From: Mobula hypostoma
Taxonomy: Eukaryota
DNA: 64,000 bases
Direction of reading: 5' to 3'
NCBI RefSeq assembly: GCF_963921235.1
Contig: NC_086097.1
Span: 237,400,001 to 237,464,000, forward strand
The position numbers and the translations under genes were made by a program. How positions within the stretch are numbered: the first letter of the stretch is position 1; each line of letters opens with the position of its first letter. The notes under the pieces were generated by a model, which did no database searches, was not told where the DNA came from, and saw only the letters and a program-made list of their open reading frames with translations. Below are positions 11,412-24,651 of this stretch, in pieces.

Positions 11412-12913
11412 ATTTACGAAAATTTTCTAGGCTCTGGGAAGGTCCCGGCAGACTGGAAGACAGCAAATGTCAGCCCACTTTTTAAAAAAGAACGTAGGCA
11501 AAAGATGGTCAACTATAGGCCAGTCAGCTTAACATCTGTAGTCGGAAAAATGCTCGAAGCTGTCATTAGGAAGAAATAGCGAAACATTTAGAAGGGAGTG
11601 GTTTCATTTGACAGACGCAGCATGGATTCAGAAAGGGCAGGTCCTGATTGACAAACTTACTGGAGTTCTTTGAGGACATAATGAGTGCAGTGGATAGAGG
11701 GGAACAGGTGGATGTCGTATACTTGGATTTCCAGAAGGCGTTCGATACGATGCCACACAAGAGACTTATAAATAAGATACGGATGCATGGAGTCGGAGGA
11801 AGTGTATTGGCATGGATAGTGGATTGGTTAACCAATAGAAGGCAGAGAGTTGGTATAAATGGGAGTTTCTCCAGTTGGCAGTCAGTGGTGAGTGGGGTGC
11901 TGCAGGGGTCGTTGCTGGGCCCGCAGCTGTTTACCATTTACATTGATGATTTGGAAGAGGGGACTGAGTGTAGCGTAGCAAAATTTGCTGATGACACTAA
12001 ACTGAGTGGAAAAGCAAATTGTACAGAGGATATGGAGAGACTGCAGAGGGATATAGATAGGTTAAGTGAGTGGGCCAAGGTCTGGCAGATGAAATACAAC
12101 GTTGGTAAATGCAAGATCATCCACTTTGGAAGGAATAATAGAAGAGCAGATTACTATTTAAATGGTGAAAAATTGCAGCATGCTGTTATGCAATGGGACT
12201 TGGGCGTGCTTGTTCATGAATCGCAAAAAGTTGGCTTGCAGGTACAACAGGTTATTAAGAAGACAAACGGAATGTTGGCCTTCATTGCTAGAGGGATTAA
12301 ATTCGAGAGCAGGGAGGTCATGCTGCAACTATACAGGGTACTGGTGAGGCCGTGCCTGGAGTATTGTATGCAGTTCTGGTCTCTATACTTGAGGAATGAT
12401 ATACTGGCTTTGGAGGCAGTGCAGAGGAGGTTCACCAGGTTGATTCTAGAGTTGAAGGGGTTCACCTATGAGGAGAGATTGAGTCCCCTGGGACTATACT
12501 CTCTGGAATTCAGAAGAATGAGCGGGGATCTTATAGAAACATACAAAATTTTGAAAGGGATAGATAAGATAGTAGGAAAGTTGTTTCTATTGGTAGGTGA
12601 GACTAAAACTAGAGGACATTGCCTCAAGATTCAGGGGAGAAGATTTAGGACAGAGATGAGGAGAAATTGTTTTACCCAGAGAGCGGTGAATCTGTGGAGT
12701 TCTCTGCCCAGGGAAGCAATTGAGACTTCTTCACTAAATATATTTAATATACAGTTAGATAGGTTTTTACATAGTCAGGGAATTAGGGTTATGGGGAAAA
12801 GGCAGGTAGATGGAGCTGATTTTATGGACAGACCAGACATGATCTTATTGAATGGCAGGGCAGGCTCGATGGGCCGGATGGCGTACTCCTGCTCCTATTT
12901 CTTATGTTCTTAT
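11412..12913 (+). mobile_element. CR1 LINE, 5'-truncated, with uninterrupted RT-domain reading frame; same subfamily as 2101-3775 in opposite orientation
   Basis: 443-aa ORF 11648..12979 with YLDFQKAFD, QGSLLGP, FADDTKL and RRMSGDLIETYKI; (TTCTTATG)n tail near 12900; no endonuclease domain. Confidence 0.95.
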
Positions 12914-13168
12914 GAAGGTGAAAAGTTTAAGCTGAACATGAGGGGAAACATCTTCAATCAGAGGGTTGTGAGAGTGTAGAATGAGTTGCCAGCACGTGGT
13001 GCATATGAGCTCGATTTGAATGTTGAAAAGAATTTGGATAGGTACATGGATGGTAAGAGCATGGAGGGCTATGATCCTGGTGCCCGTCTATGGGAGTAGG
13101 CAGTTTAAGTGGTTTTGGAATGGACTATTTGTGCCAAAGGTCCTGCTTCTGTGCTGTACTTCTCTGCG
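12914..13168 (+). mobile_element. CR1 3' fragment of another subfamily
   Basis: GEKFKLNMRGNIFNQRVVRV and CR1 3' end ccaaaggtcctgcttctgtgctgta. Confidence 0.7.
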
Positions 13169-13269
13169 ACTTTTTGGGTAAGTTATGATGCAATAAATAT
13201 TGTTCCAGTTTATTTTTGTTAATTTTAATTAGTTTGGCATTTTAACATCAGAGAAACTATGCTGAGACC

Positions 13270-14260
13270 AACACTTAAATGCCATTACAAAGACAGAGCC
13301 TTTACTCTCTTTGAATATATGGCATGTCACGAAAAGCTTGGACAAACTTTTACTGATGCACAGTGAAGGATATCCTAACTGGTTGCATCATGGCCTGGTA
13401 TGGAAACAGTATGGCCCAGGAATGGAAAAGTCTACAGAAGCTGGTGGACACAGCCCAGTCTATCATAGGCAATGCTCTCCCCGCCAATGAGCACATTTAC
13501 ATGGAGTACTGCCTCAGAAATCAGCATGCATCATCAAGGAATCTGGCCATCCAGGCCATGCTGTCTTCCTGCTTCATCCATTGGGCAGGAGGTACAGAAG
13601 CTTTAGGTCCCACACCACCAGGATCAGGAACAGTTATTACCTTATAACTACCTGGCTCTTGAACCAGTGTGATTAACTACACACCACAATTCAGAACTGA
13701 TGCTATTCTGAACAGTCTCATTTTCAAGGACTCTTTACAACTCGTGTTCTCACTATGATTTTTTAAAGTTCATCTGCACACTTTGTCTACTTTGCATATC
13801 GGTTATTGTCAGTCTTTGCTTATATATTTTGTTTTTCATAAATTTGATCATAATTATTTATTTTCCTGTAAATCTTACAAGAAACTGAATCTTAAGGTAG
13901 TAAATAGTAAATGTTACCATATACCACTCACTTGCTTCATCACTGAAAAGTTCCCACAACCTATGGGTTCTCTTTCAAGGACTCGTCATCTCATGTTTTC
14001 AATATCTATTGCTAAACTAATTGTTATTATTATTTTGTTCTTTTTGTATTTGAACAGTTTCTTGTCTTCAGCATAGTGGTTGAACACTCAGTTGCTGTGG
14101 TCTTTCATTAATTTTATTATGGTTATTATTCTATTATGGATTTACTGAGTATGCCTGCAAGAAAATGAATCTCAGGTTTGTACATGGTGACGTATATGTA
14201 CTTTGGTAATAAACTTACTTCGAACTTTGATACTAAATTTTACTTTGACTTCGACTTTGA
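13270..14260 (+). mobile_element. Rex1/Babar-like LINE 3' region with two stacked 3' UTRs
   Basis: ILTGCIMAWYGNS..LQKLVDTAQSII; tail aataaa...tactttgacttcgactttg. Confidence 0.75.
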
Positions 14261-15479
14261 TAATGGCCAAAGCAATAATTCTCACTTTGAGCTGGAGACG
14301 TGTACAAAATAATCATTCTTCACCATTATGTGAATCCCAATCTTTTTCTTTCCTCTCCTATCCTCAGTAACAATAATCAGTGCCTTCTTTGTCCAATCAA
14401 TACTATTTAGCACAATAAGTAAATGCACTAAAAAATCTGTAATTGCTCAGAAAACATTAAAATGCAAATTTTTACTGAATTGAATTTGAAGTGATTGTTT
14501 CTTATCTTGAAGTTGAAACTCCAATCATTCAAACTTCGTACCATGACACATCAATGAATCAATTCAGCTGAGGTCACTTCTTTTCCTTTCAGTCTATTTG
14601 AATGGGACACATTTGGATGTCATTCTGTAACAGGGAAGGCCTAAGTTTTAGACTTGGGGTCCACGGGCACCTTGTTTAACAGTACTGGCTCATGACATAA
14701 TGAAGGTAGGGAATTCCTGATCTAAAAAGTCACGATGATTCCTTCTAAGAGAAAATAAACAACAGGGGGCACAGAATCTACTTTAGACACAAGACACTAT
14801 TTAACTGTGGAGGAACTATATCTAAATTTACTGCCATTCAAAAGCTGGATATACAAAAATGATTCCTCACAAAATCTTCTGCATATTAAAATTATTGTTA
14901 CTATATCACTAAACTGAAGTCTCCGATACATCAGCACAACTAGAAAATTCTTAGACCTGCACTTCACTTTAAAATTCTTTATATATTCCTTCAAAAGTAA
15001 TTGCTTGATAGAGTTTGATATGCAGAACTTAACATGTATTAATTGTAGTAAATGTACATTTTTAATCACTGTGTCAAAACATAAATGTGGGACTGCCAGC
15101 TTGAAAATTGAATTCACTTGAGGAAAAGCTATTTTCAGTTGTGTTAATAAATTAAGATAAATATAGAATTTAAAAGATAGCCATATTTTTTAATGTCATC
15201 TGGCTCCCTCAATCTGACATCTGACTCAACTCAATGTTTTATACCTTTGCAAAGTCCTGCAAACTAATACAATTGATGGAAGTTTCCGATTATCAATATT
15301 TTCTGCTAGCGAGGCAGTGCCTAGATCCATTGTTATTTTAAACCTAATTCAAAAGACTGCAGAAACCCATGTTGTGACATATCAGACTCTATCAAAATTC
15401 TAAAAAATATTGCCTATGATGTTCTAAGGTTGAAAAAAGCAAACCAATTGAATAGAAACACATTACTGTACTCAGATAT

Positions 15480-15612
15480 GAATAGTTCTGGTAAAGAGTC
15501 GTTAACTGAAACTTCAACTCTGTTCCTCTCCACAGGTGCTGCCTGGACTGCTGAGTATTTTCCGTGCTGTCTGATTTCATTTTAGAATTCCAGCATCTGC
15601 AGTTTTTTTTTG
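15480..15612 (+). mobile_element. Old Penelope-like terminus
   Basis: gctgcctggactgctgagtatttt...ttccagcatctgcagt, a diverged version of the terminus seen elsewhere. Confidence 0.55.
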
Positions 15613-15817
15613 CATTTCCACCATTTAACCTCCACCCTCAAGTTCATTCAGAAAAGAACACATCCTCTTGAGATTTGAAGCTACCATACTCTTCTTGGAA
15701 AACAAGTTAACCAGGGCAATGTTGTCACATCTGACTACCAACTCCAGAACCACAGAGGTGTTAACTTTCAACACCGTGCTGGATGATGCTCTCAGTTCCA
15801 GTATCAACTGGGTAACT

Positions 15818-16037
15818 GTTGTCTTGTATTTAATATTTCAGTAATATTTGAGTTATATTGTAAATATTGTTAAGCTATCTTTGTTAATTATATATTGTGG
15901 GTTGTATGCAAAAGTACATAAATGGCATAAATGCTACCACGTGATACGTCCGTGCCTTGCTTAAAGTAAAAATGGAGTTACACTCACATTCCCAGCTCCC
16001 TTGTTTTTCTTTCAATTAGTTTTTATGTTTGGAATTT
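15818..16037 (+). mobile_element. Short AT-rich LTR-like repeat (inverted copy at 17899-18146, partial copy at 62928-63035)
   Basis: Shared tttaatatttcagtaatatttgag..atattgtaaata motif; TGTT start. Confidence 0.5.
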
Positions 16038-16253
16038 TTAGCAGCTAATTTCCTCCACAATGTTAGGAAGAAAATTATGCTTCTCTGTCATATATATATT
16101 AAGATTTTCATCAATTAATTTTAATGGTGAGAAAACTATTTACAGAGAAATTTCTTCAAATCATATTTTCCCCAAATATTTTCACTACTGGACAAATACA
16201 TAAAAAGTGCATAATTATTATTACTTATGTTACGTATTTAACTACCCAATAAA

Positions 16254-16698
16254 CAGAACATAAGAAACAGGAGCAGGATTAGGCCATCAGGCCCATCGAG
16301 CCTACTCCGCCATTCAATAAGACCATGGCTGATCTGACCATGGACTTATCTCCACTGACCTGCCTTTTCCCCATAACCCTTAATTCCCCTACTATGCAAA
16401 AATCTATCCAACCTTGTCTTAAATGCATTTACTGAGGTAGCCTCCACTGCTTCATTTGGCAGAGAATTCCACAGATTCACCACTCTGGGAAAAGCAGTTC
16501 TTCCTCATCTCCATCTTAAATTTACTCCCCTGAAACTTGAGGCTATGTCCTCTAGTTCTAATCTCACCTACCAGTGGAAATAACTTTCCTGCCTCTATCT
16601 TAACTATTGCTTTCATAATTTTATGTGCTTCTATAAGATCTCCTCTCATCCTTCTGAATTCCAGCGAGTACAGTCCCAGGAACCTCAATTTCTCCTCC
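16254..16698 (-). mobile_element. CR1 3' fragment, similar to the 2101 and 11412 copies
   Basis: ORF 16452..16733 [17 protein letters not shown]; agaacataagaa tail. Confidence 0.88.
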
Positions 16699-17019
16699 AA
16701 TAGCTTATTAATTGAATAATTTAAAATATACAAATGAATGAATAATAACCTCTTTGAATAAATGCCATGGTTAAAACAAGAACTTCTATGTAGAGCTGAT
16801 CAAACCCCATGTTCTGTGTTACATCCAGGCACAACTTGACTGTGAAGTTTCCTACACCATTTTGCAGCCAATAGTGTTGACACTGACAATTTGCTTCACA
16901 CATTAAACACAATCACAATTGCAGACCTATGATTTTGTCAAAAGATCTTCGCCCATGCTCACATCCATCAATGGATCCATATCTGCCCGACACACAGTGA
17001 ACTTACTAATGTTCCAGTG

Positions 17020-17530
17020 GGTGGTGGATAAGAATTTAGCAAATTTCTGCAGATGTACTATGGAGAGCATTCTGGTTTGTTGTATCACCGCCTTGTGTGG
17101 AAGCTCCAATGCACAGGGTCATAAGAGTTTGCAGAAGGTTACACCCTCATCCAGCTCCATCATAAACAGAAGTCTGCCCACCATTGAAGACATTTTCAAA
17201 GAATGGTGCCCCAATGGGCCTACCGTAGCAATTCTGGAGATTCAGGTCTAGGAACTTAATTTGGTTCAGAATGCTGTTGCTTGCTTCTATTGTTTGCACG
17301 ATTTGTGTTTTTTTCTTTCACTGCGGGTTGGGTGTTGGTCTTTTTTTTAATTGGGTTCTTTTGCGTTTCTGGCTTTGTGTCTGTCTGTAAGCAGACAAAT
17401 TTCAAGGTTGTATAATTTATACATACTTTGATAATAAATGTACTTTGAATCTTTGAGTGAAGAAAGTGATATCTATCTTTAAGGATCTTCACCATTCAGG
17501 ATCTGACCACTTCTCATTATTACCATCAGG
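17020..17530 (+). mobile_element. Rex-like fragment interrupted (about 17230-17455) by a short repeat with a tactttgaat tail
   Basis: FCRCTMESILVCCITALCGS; the Rex sequence resumes at 17458. The inserted repeat recurs inverted at 38165-38325. Confidence 0.6.
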
Positions 17531-17715
17531 GATGATAATAAACCTGATTCTGAGAATTATTTTACTTTCAGCTGATTACTCGGAACTCATCAGTTCATTG
17601 AAGTGGATAATCCAATTGTGGACCAATTACCAGTTATGATAACTTCGTGGTTGCTATCAAATTCACTGAGTAAGAGGCAGTAAAGATGGTATTCATCTCT
17701 GACAATCAATTCTGT

Positions 17716-17895
17716 ACATAGAAACATAGAGATCTACAGTACATTACAGGCCCTTTGACACACAATGTTGTACTGACCATGTAACCTACTCTAGAAAATG
17801 CCTGGAATTTCCCTACCGCATAGCCCTCTATTTTCTAAGCTCTATGTACCTATCTAAGACTCTCTTAAAAAACCCTATTGTATCCATCCCCACAG
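17716..17895 (-). mobile_element. CR1 3' end fragment
   Basis: acatagaaacatag tail followed by acaggccctt...cacaatgttg. Confidence 0.65.
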
Positions 17896-18344
17896 TGCTG
17901 TTATGTTTTGTGACTGCAAACCTTTCAACTAATTCAAAGGAAGATGTGGGAGTCTGAAATGCAGGTCTAACTTAGAGTTTACTTTAAGTGAGGTGTGCAG
18001 GTATCATGTAGTAGCATGATGGCAAAGGTAATTCACGGTATTTGTACATCTAACCCGTCATTAATTATTTAAATGAACAAGAATGCTTAATCGTCAACAT
18101 ATTTGCAAGATTACTCAAATATTATTGAAATATTAAATGAACACCAGGTACCATCTAAAGTAGTACTGACGTCCCAGCAAATGTGGTGTGGGGCTTAACG
18201 CACTCACTCCAACATTCCACAGAACTTTTACAGAACAGAACAAACTGAAAGTTGTAGATGTGCCATTGTTTATAAATCACTAGGAAATCAGTACCACAAT
18301 TATTTTCATTTGTAACGTTTACAAAATATGAAAATCATACACAC

Positions 18345-18978
18345 CTCACTCTCGGCGGGAGGAGAGAGTGCAGCGCACCGCGCATGCGCTGTCCTCCAGT
18401 GAAAAATGATATTGTATCCATTAAATAGGGGCGTAGACAATTCTGATTTGATGGAGACAGACGTGAAAGCACAGAGGAACATCTAGAGAAATTTCTGAAG
18501 CGCAGGTTCACTGCTGTCGTTACTGCGCAATCGTGAATCTTCCAGAGGGAAGGCCTCAAAATCTCCGGCTTTGCCTGCTGTTGGTGACCGAGATTGAGGT
18601 CGAATCGCCCGGATAGAGATGGCGCTCAGTACTCAGTGTCGGAGAGCTGATGGGAGGCTCAAAGTTTTCGGACGACTCAGAGTTGGACTGTGGTTTGGCA
18701 TGGCAAGGAGAGTTTTTCTTCCTTCTCCCGTCTGCGTGAGGTGTGGGACATTTGAGAGACTTTGAACTTTTTACTGTGCCATGGACTGTTCTTCATCAAG
18801 TTATGGTTTTGTTGCACTGTTGTAACTATATGTTATAATTATGTGGTTTTGTTAGTTTTTTCAGTCTTGGTCTGTCCTGTGTTTTGTGATATCACACCGG
18901 AGGAAATAATGTATCATTTCTTAATGCATGCATTACTAAATGACAATAAAAGAGGACTGCGTGTCTTCATCATCTAAT
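18345..18978 (+). mobile_element. GC-rich unclassified interspersed repeat (SINE-like or non-autonomous retroelement)
   Basis: CpG-rich block in an AT-rich background ending gacaataaaagaggactgcgtgtcttcatcatctaat; recognised as a recurrent ray repeat from memory only. Confidence 0.5.
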
Positions 18979-19319
18979 ATAGAGTATACTGTAGAGCCTG
19001 CACCATGGAGTGAAATATAATTTTAATATCTATTATTGAAAATAAAATTCATATTTCTCTACCTTTCACAAAGTATTCCCATTAATAAGCTCACTGTCTT
19101 TACCAATGGTTTCTTTTAGAACCAAATCTTTATTTTCAAATTTTATTTAACAAGGATCCAGCAGGTAGCCAGCAGGTAATTCTGCAAGCTGTGGGAGTTG
19201 GTTTAACCTTTTATAAGATTTAACACTTTGCTGTTCAGCCTTTGGGCAAGATAATAATCTTAATATTTCAATTATTATTAAGTTACTCCAATGATCAAAA
19301 TATCTTTAATTTGTGAATT

Positions 19320-21022
19320 AGAGTCATAGTCATGGAATCATTGAGCACTACAGCACAGAAACAAAGCCTTTCGGCCCATCCAATCTGTGCTGAACTATTA
19401 TTTTGCCTAATTGCGTTGACCTACGCCAAAACTCCATACCACTTAATTATCCAAACTTCTGTCAAATGTTGTAATTGAACCCACATTCACCAATTCCACT
19501 GGCAGCTCATTCCACACTCTTACCACCCTCTGAGCGAGGACATTTACCAACACTGTATTCCATCTGCCATTTCTTTTTCATTCTTCCAATTTGTTTAAGT
19601 TCTGCTGCAATCGCATTATTTCCTCAGCACTACCTACCTCTCCACCTATCTTCATATCATCCGGAAACTTTGCCACAAAGTCATTTATTACATTATCCAA
19701 ATCATTGACAAACAATGTGAAAAGCAGCGGTCCCAATACTGACCCCTGAGGAACAACACTAGTCACTGGCAGCCAACTAGAAAAGGCCCCTTTTATTCCC
19801 ACTCGCTGCTTCCTGCTGGTCAGCCATTCCTTTATTCATGCCAATATCTTTCCTGTAATGCCACAGGATTTTAACTTGTTAAGCATCCTCATGTATGGCA
19901 ACTTATCAAATGGCTTCTGAAAATCCAAATAATTGACATCCAATGCCTCTCCTTTGTCCACGCTGCTTGTTAATTTCTCGAAGAACTCTAACAGATTTGT
20001 CAGACGCAATTTCCCTTTACAGAAACCATGCTGACTTTGACTTATTTGATCATTGATCTCCAAGTACCTCAAAACCTCATCCTTAATAACAGACTCCAAC
20101 ACTTTCCCAACCACTGAGGTTAGGCTAACTGGCCCATAATTTCCTCTCTTTTGTCTTCTTCCCTTCTTAAAGAGTAGAGTGACATTTGCAATCTTTCTGT
20201 CCTCCAGGACCATGCTAGAATCAAGTGATTCTTGAAAGATCATGACCAATGTGTCATTATCTCTTCAGCAACCTCTCTCAGGACTCTGGGATGGCCCAGG
20301 TGACTTACCCACCTTAAAACCTTTGAGTTTGCCTAGCACTTTTTCCTTTGTAATAGCAATGGCGCTCACTCCTACTTCCTGACATTCAAGATCCTCTCGA
20401 ACACTGCTAGTGTCTTCCACAGTAAAGACTGACGCAAAGTACTTAGGTTCAGCTGCCATTTCTTCGTCCCCCATTACTACCTCACCAGCACCATTTTCCA
20501 ATGGTCTGATACCAACTCTCACCTTTTTTTTTTTACTCTCTATATAACTGTATTGTGCCCTATATTTTTGGCCAGTTTGCCCTCATATTTCATCTTTCCC
20601 CTTCTTATAGCTTTTTTAGTTGCCTTGTGTTGGATTTTAAAAGCTTCTCAATCATTCAACTTCTCACTCACTTTTGCTACCTTATATGTCCTTTTCTTGG
20701 CTTTTATGCTGTCCTTAACTTCCCTTGTCAGCCATGGTTGCCTAGCCCTGCCATTTGGGAACTACTTCTTCTGTGGGACATATCTATCCCGTGCCTTGTG
20801 AACTATTCCAGAAACTTCAACCATCTCTGCTCTCCCATCATCCCCGCCAGTATTGTCCTCCAGTCCACCTGGACAAGCTCCTCGCTCATGCCTCTCTAAT
20901 TGGCTTTATTCCTTTGTGATACTGATACATGTGAGTTATGCTTCTGCCTCTCCAATTGCAGTATGAATTCAATCATATTATGATCACAATTTCATAAGGG
21001 TTCCTTTACATTAAGCTCCCTA
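19320..21022 (-). mobile_element. Degenerate CR1 (3' end plus internally deleted ORF2 segment)
   Basis: VPQGSVLGPLLF, KFPDDMKIGG, YLDFQKPFDK and KSPGP motifs in ORFs 19578-20522. Confidence 0.9.
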
Positions 21023-21297
21023 ATGTTCTTACTTTCTCCACAACCTCCCACACTTACAGAGAATGTTGTATTTTTTTTTCATTTCAACATCCTGATGGCA
21101 ATTATGCCATCAGAGATCTGTCCTCAGCTCAAGAACACACTCCTTAAAATCTCCATGAATCCTTCTTTCGTTTTTAAGGCAATCTTTAAATCTCTGTCTT
21201 CGACTAAGCTGAAGGTCACTGTCACTGTCACTGTCACTGTCCATGTAGTTTTAGTGTCAAAACTTTGTTCAATGATTGCAGGATTGAATGATTGAAA

Positions 21298-21645
21298 CCT
21301 GTTTAATATTGAATGGCCTCGATAGAGTGGATGTGGAGAGTCCAGGACAAAAGGACACAATCTCAGAAAAGAGGGACGTCCTTTTAGAATGGAGGTGAGG
21401 AGGAGTTTCTTTATCCAGAGAGTGGTGATTCTGTGGAATTCATTGTCACAGCTGGCTTCCTAGACCAAGCGCATACATACATTTAAGGCAAAAGTTGATA
21501 GATTCTTGATTAGTTAAGGCATGAGGGATACATGGAGAAGGCAGGAGATTGGGGCTGAGAGGGAAATGGATCAGCCATGATGAAATGGCAGAACAGACGC
21601 AATGGGCCAAATGGCCTAATTCTGCTCCTATATCTTATGGTCTGA
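21298..21645 (+). mobile_element. CR1 3' fragment
   Basis: ccagagagtggtgattctgtggaattc and aatgggccaaatggcctaattctgctcctatatcttatgg. Confidence 0.8.
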
Positions 21646-21802
21646 TGTTTATTATTGCTTACATTATGTGATAATGCATCAATACATAGCATCCAGTGCA
21701 GTAGACACATCCTCAAAGAATGCAATGTATGGATATGAATGTGGTGTGGTGTTCATTTTGAACATACACTGTATCCATGATTACTCTAGTTTTGAGATTA
21801 CT

Positions 21803-22145
21803 CGTCAACTGGATGGGTAGCCGGCGGCCTCATACTCTGGAGAGTCAGGGTCATGCCTGTCCCAGATTGCGACATCAGCTCTGCTGGGCTGTGCGAATGA
21901 GATCTTCAGTGAGATCGATGTACTGCACCGCTCTCTGGAGAGCGAAGGGCTTGAAAGGGCACAGAAGACATCATGGCAATCACTGCAACCAAGGAAGACC
22001 CCAGTTTGTGACGCTTGTTTGTACCACTGGACTCCGATTTCCGAATTTGAGAGAATGGAGCTCCCCAATGCAATGGTTTTTCCACTTTAAAAATTCTCCC
22101 ACACAGGCTTCCTGTCATCATTGGACACAATGGACAACCATCACT
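21803..22145. repeat. Unclassified GC-richer interspersed repeat
   Basis: Compositionally distinct block with no coding similarity recognised. Confidence 0.35.
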
Positions 22146-22807
22146 ATTGTAAGTAGCATTTTTAAAATTTCTGTTGAATAACTTCCATGACAACTGTAAG
22201 AGAGATAACTGTTGTGGTCTGAATAATGCAATTGCAAGTTATTTTATGATAAAAGAATCATGTTTATCTGATTGTTTAGCACATCAGGATTTAATATAAA
22301 TGAATGTACATTTCGAAACTTATAAAGAACCACTTACTTATTACCTAGGGCTGAAGTAATTTAGGACAATCTATTCAATAAAGTACTTAGCTTACTGGAA
22401 GCATCAGCGTCTAGCACGTTGATTTTAAACTAATGCCAAGAATTGCAGGTGATCAAGGTTTTCAAAAAAGAATTGGGTAGGTACAAGAAAAGCAATTTGC
22501 AGGACTATAGTAAAAGAGTAGAAAATAAATTTACTAGCTCTTCCCACAAACAGCCTAAAAATATTTCACGGGCTGAATAGCCTCCGTCTTTGTTACAAAG
22601 CATGTACAATTCTATATTCTGTCTTTTAACGCTCATTTGACAGTTCCTTCTTGCTAGCGTATTGAAGGCACACTCTGGTGTGAACAGTTGATTAAGAAAA
22701 CATTAGAGGTTATCTGTGTGTTGTGTTGTATCAAATTTTGTAAAAATATTAGATGGAAAGTCTGAATAATTCTAAGTGACACTTTAACTCTTTGTGAGCT
22801 TCCAGCA

Positions 22808-23354
22808 TGTAAGGTGTCTGTACAAATTAAACACTGTGGGTTTGTTTAATGTTCGTTAATAGCCTCAGGATTTTTTTCTTAGCCTCAGGCACTAGTGGCA
22901 TGAGAATAAATCCAAAGAATGTATCTGTCTCTGCGTCTCTCAATGTTTGTGGATTGAATCCCTACTTATTGAGGCACCTTTCACTTGGTTCTTGTGACTT
23001 CACTGAGACCGAGGGATTTGGCAATTGGTGCCGAGGTCAGACCCAGGGTGATTTCACAAGTCGAAATTTGGAGATCCCCCCGACGACAGCGACAATCAAG
23101 TCCCCCGACGACAGCAGCAATCAAGTGGAGACTACAAATCGTGAGCCCTGAAACCTATGTAACTTACTAAGTTGTAATTAGTGTGGTTTATTTGTGCTTT
23201 CTATTTTATCATTATAAATTAGGCTTAAGTTAATTTGTTGCGCTTGTACGCTTATTACCACAGCTCCTGGACACTCGAATTGGTTTGGGTCTTTTGGGTC
23301 TGATCAGCCTGGTAAATTAGACTCTGAAATTCACCACTTATATAAAATCTTACA
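22808..23354. mobile_element. Possible solo LTR
   Basis: Inverted termini TGTAAG...CTTACA and an internal 25-26-bp tandem duplication at 23075-23126; no clear TSD. Confidence 0.4.
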
Positions 23355-23367
23355 TTATACCTTGAAG

Positions 23368-23457
23368 AATTTCAATATTTTTACCTGAATTACGATGTTT
23401 CAAGATTCAGTATTCAAGATCTTGAAACATAGTAATTCAGGCAAAAATATTTAAATT
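23368..23457. repeat. 90-nt inverted repeat (39-bp arms, 36/39 complementary, 12-nt loop)
   Basis: aatttcaatatttttacctgaattacgatgtttcaagat / atcttgaaacatagtaattcaggcaaaaatatttaaatt. Confidence 0.9.
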
Positions 23458-23489
23458 ACCATTATTACAATTATTTTTATTACAATAGG

Positions 23490-23860
23490 ATGGTAGGGTG
23501 GAGATATGTGTCTACAAAAGAAGGTGTAAGGCATTCCTTCCCTCTGCTTGTTTGCAGGTCACCCTTGGGCAAGGTGTAGCACCTGCTTAGCCCCTCTGAT
23601 CAGAGTCACGTAAAGCCATGGGAGCAGGTGGTAGATGGTCGTATGAGCAGCTGGAGCATATCACAGGTCCCTGTCATGCAACCACTGACTTCAGGCAGAC
23701 AATCTCTGACGAGTATTGAAAACAGTTGGGGTTTCCATCTTGTAAAGTCACCTCCCAGAAGAAAGCAACTGCAAACCACTTCTGTAGAAAAATTTGCCAA
23801 GAACAATCATGATCATGTAAAGACCATGACCGCCCATATCATACAGCAGAGCGCATAACA
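23490..23860 (+). mobile_element. RTE-tailed short element (same family as 9515-9908)
   Basis: gggtggagatatgtgtctac...gcaaaccacttctgtagaaaaatttgccaagaacaatcatg. Confidence 0.65.
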
Positions 23861-24651
23861 AATGATTATTATAAACATTTGTCAATGAGTTAAAGTGTAT
23901 TGTATCTATTTAAAATTTAATTTTTAATATTTCATTGCATGCTTTGGGTCCAAATCCTTGAAGGAAATGTTACCTAATTTGTTAATAATTTATTTACCTG
24001 AATAAAGTTCCTTGTCTGCTTTTATTAAGGACTGGACAAGATTTACATGTTTACATGTATCAGGGAGTGAGCCTAGGTAATATTGGTTGTCAGGAAGAGG
24101 AATCTGTCAGGAGAGCAGGCATCAAAGAAGATGGGATGAAAATGAGTTATGAAAGCAACCAATGACATTAGTCTAAATGGCATCATTCCAAGTATCATGC
24201 CATGGGAAATCATGGAGACAGAAAATCTTTGTTCCTGCTTGTGATTTGGTACTGCAGGAGTGTAGCGATTTCTTCACTGGGCTGAAACTATTGCCTATTA
24301 CTTCCATCACATTTCCCCATGTTGTATTCCTCAAAGTAAAACAGCACGTGGAAGTAATCCATCCAGAGTTCCACTAAACACTAAAAGAAGGTAAAATCAG
24401 AAATATGTTTCATATTTTACTCCTCCCTTCTGAAGGGCATTGTATTATTCTGACTCTGTTTTGCTGTCTTCGTGTTAATTTTTCATTGATCTTTTGTATT
24501 TCTTTGTATCTACTGTGAATGCCTGCAAGAAAATGAATCTCAAGGTAGTATATCGTGACATATACGTAACTTTGATAACAAATTTACGTTGAACTTTAAA
24601 CTTTTTTGCAAACTGTTTTCAGGTCAGGCAAAAACTAGATCTTTCAAAGTT

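Noticed and set aside
11648..12979. Active or domesticated reverse transcriptase gene (443 aa)
   Set aside because: 5'-truncated CR1 with no endonuclease domain, stops just upstream, and a frameshift that reads through the natural end into another repeat
14560..14760. Possible extra minus-strand exon after a good acceptor (gtttattttctcttag)
   Set aside because: Stops occur in all three frames shortly after the acceptor, there is no CUB/Sushi similarity, and the two real exons already join seamlessly
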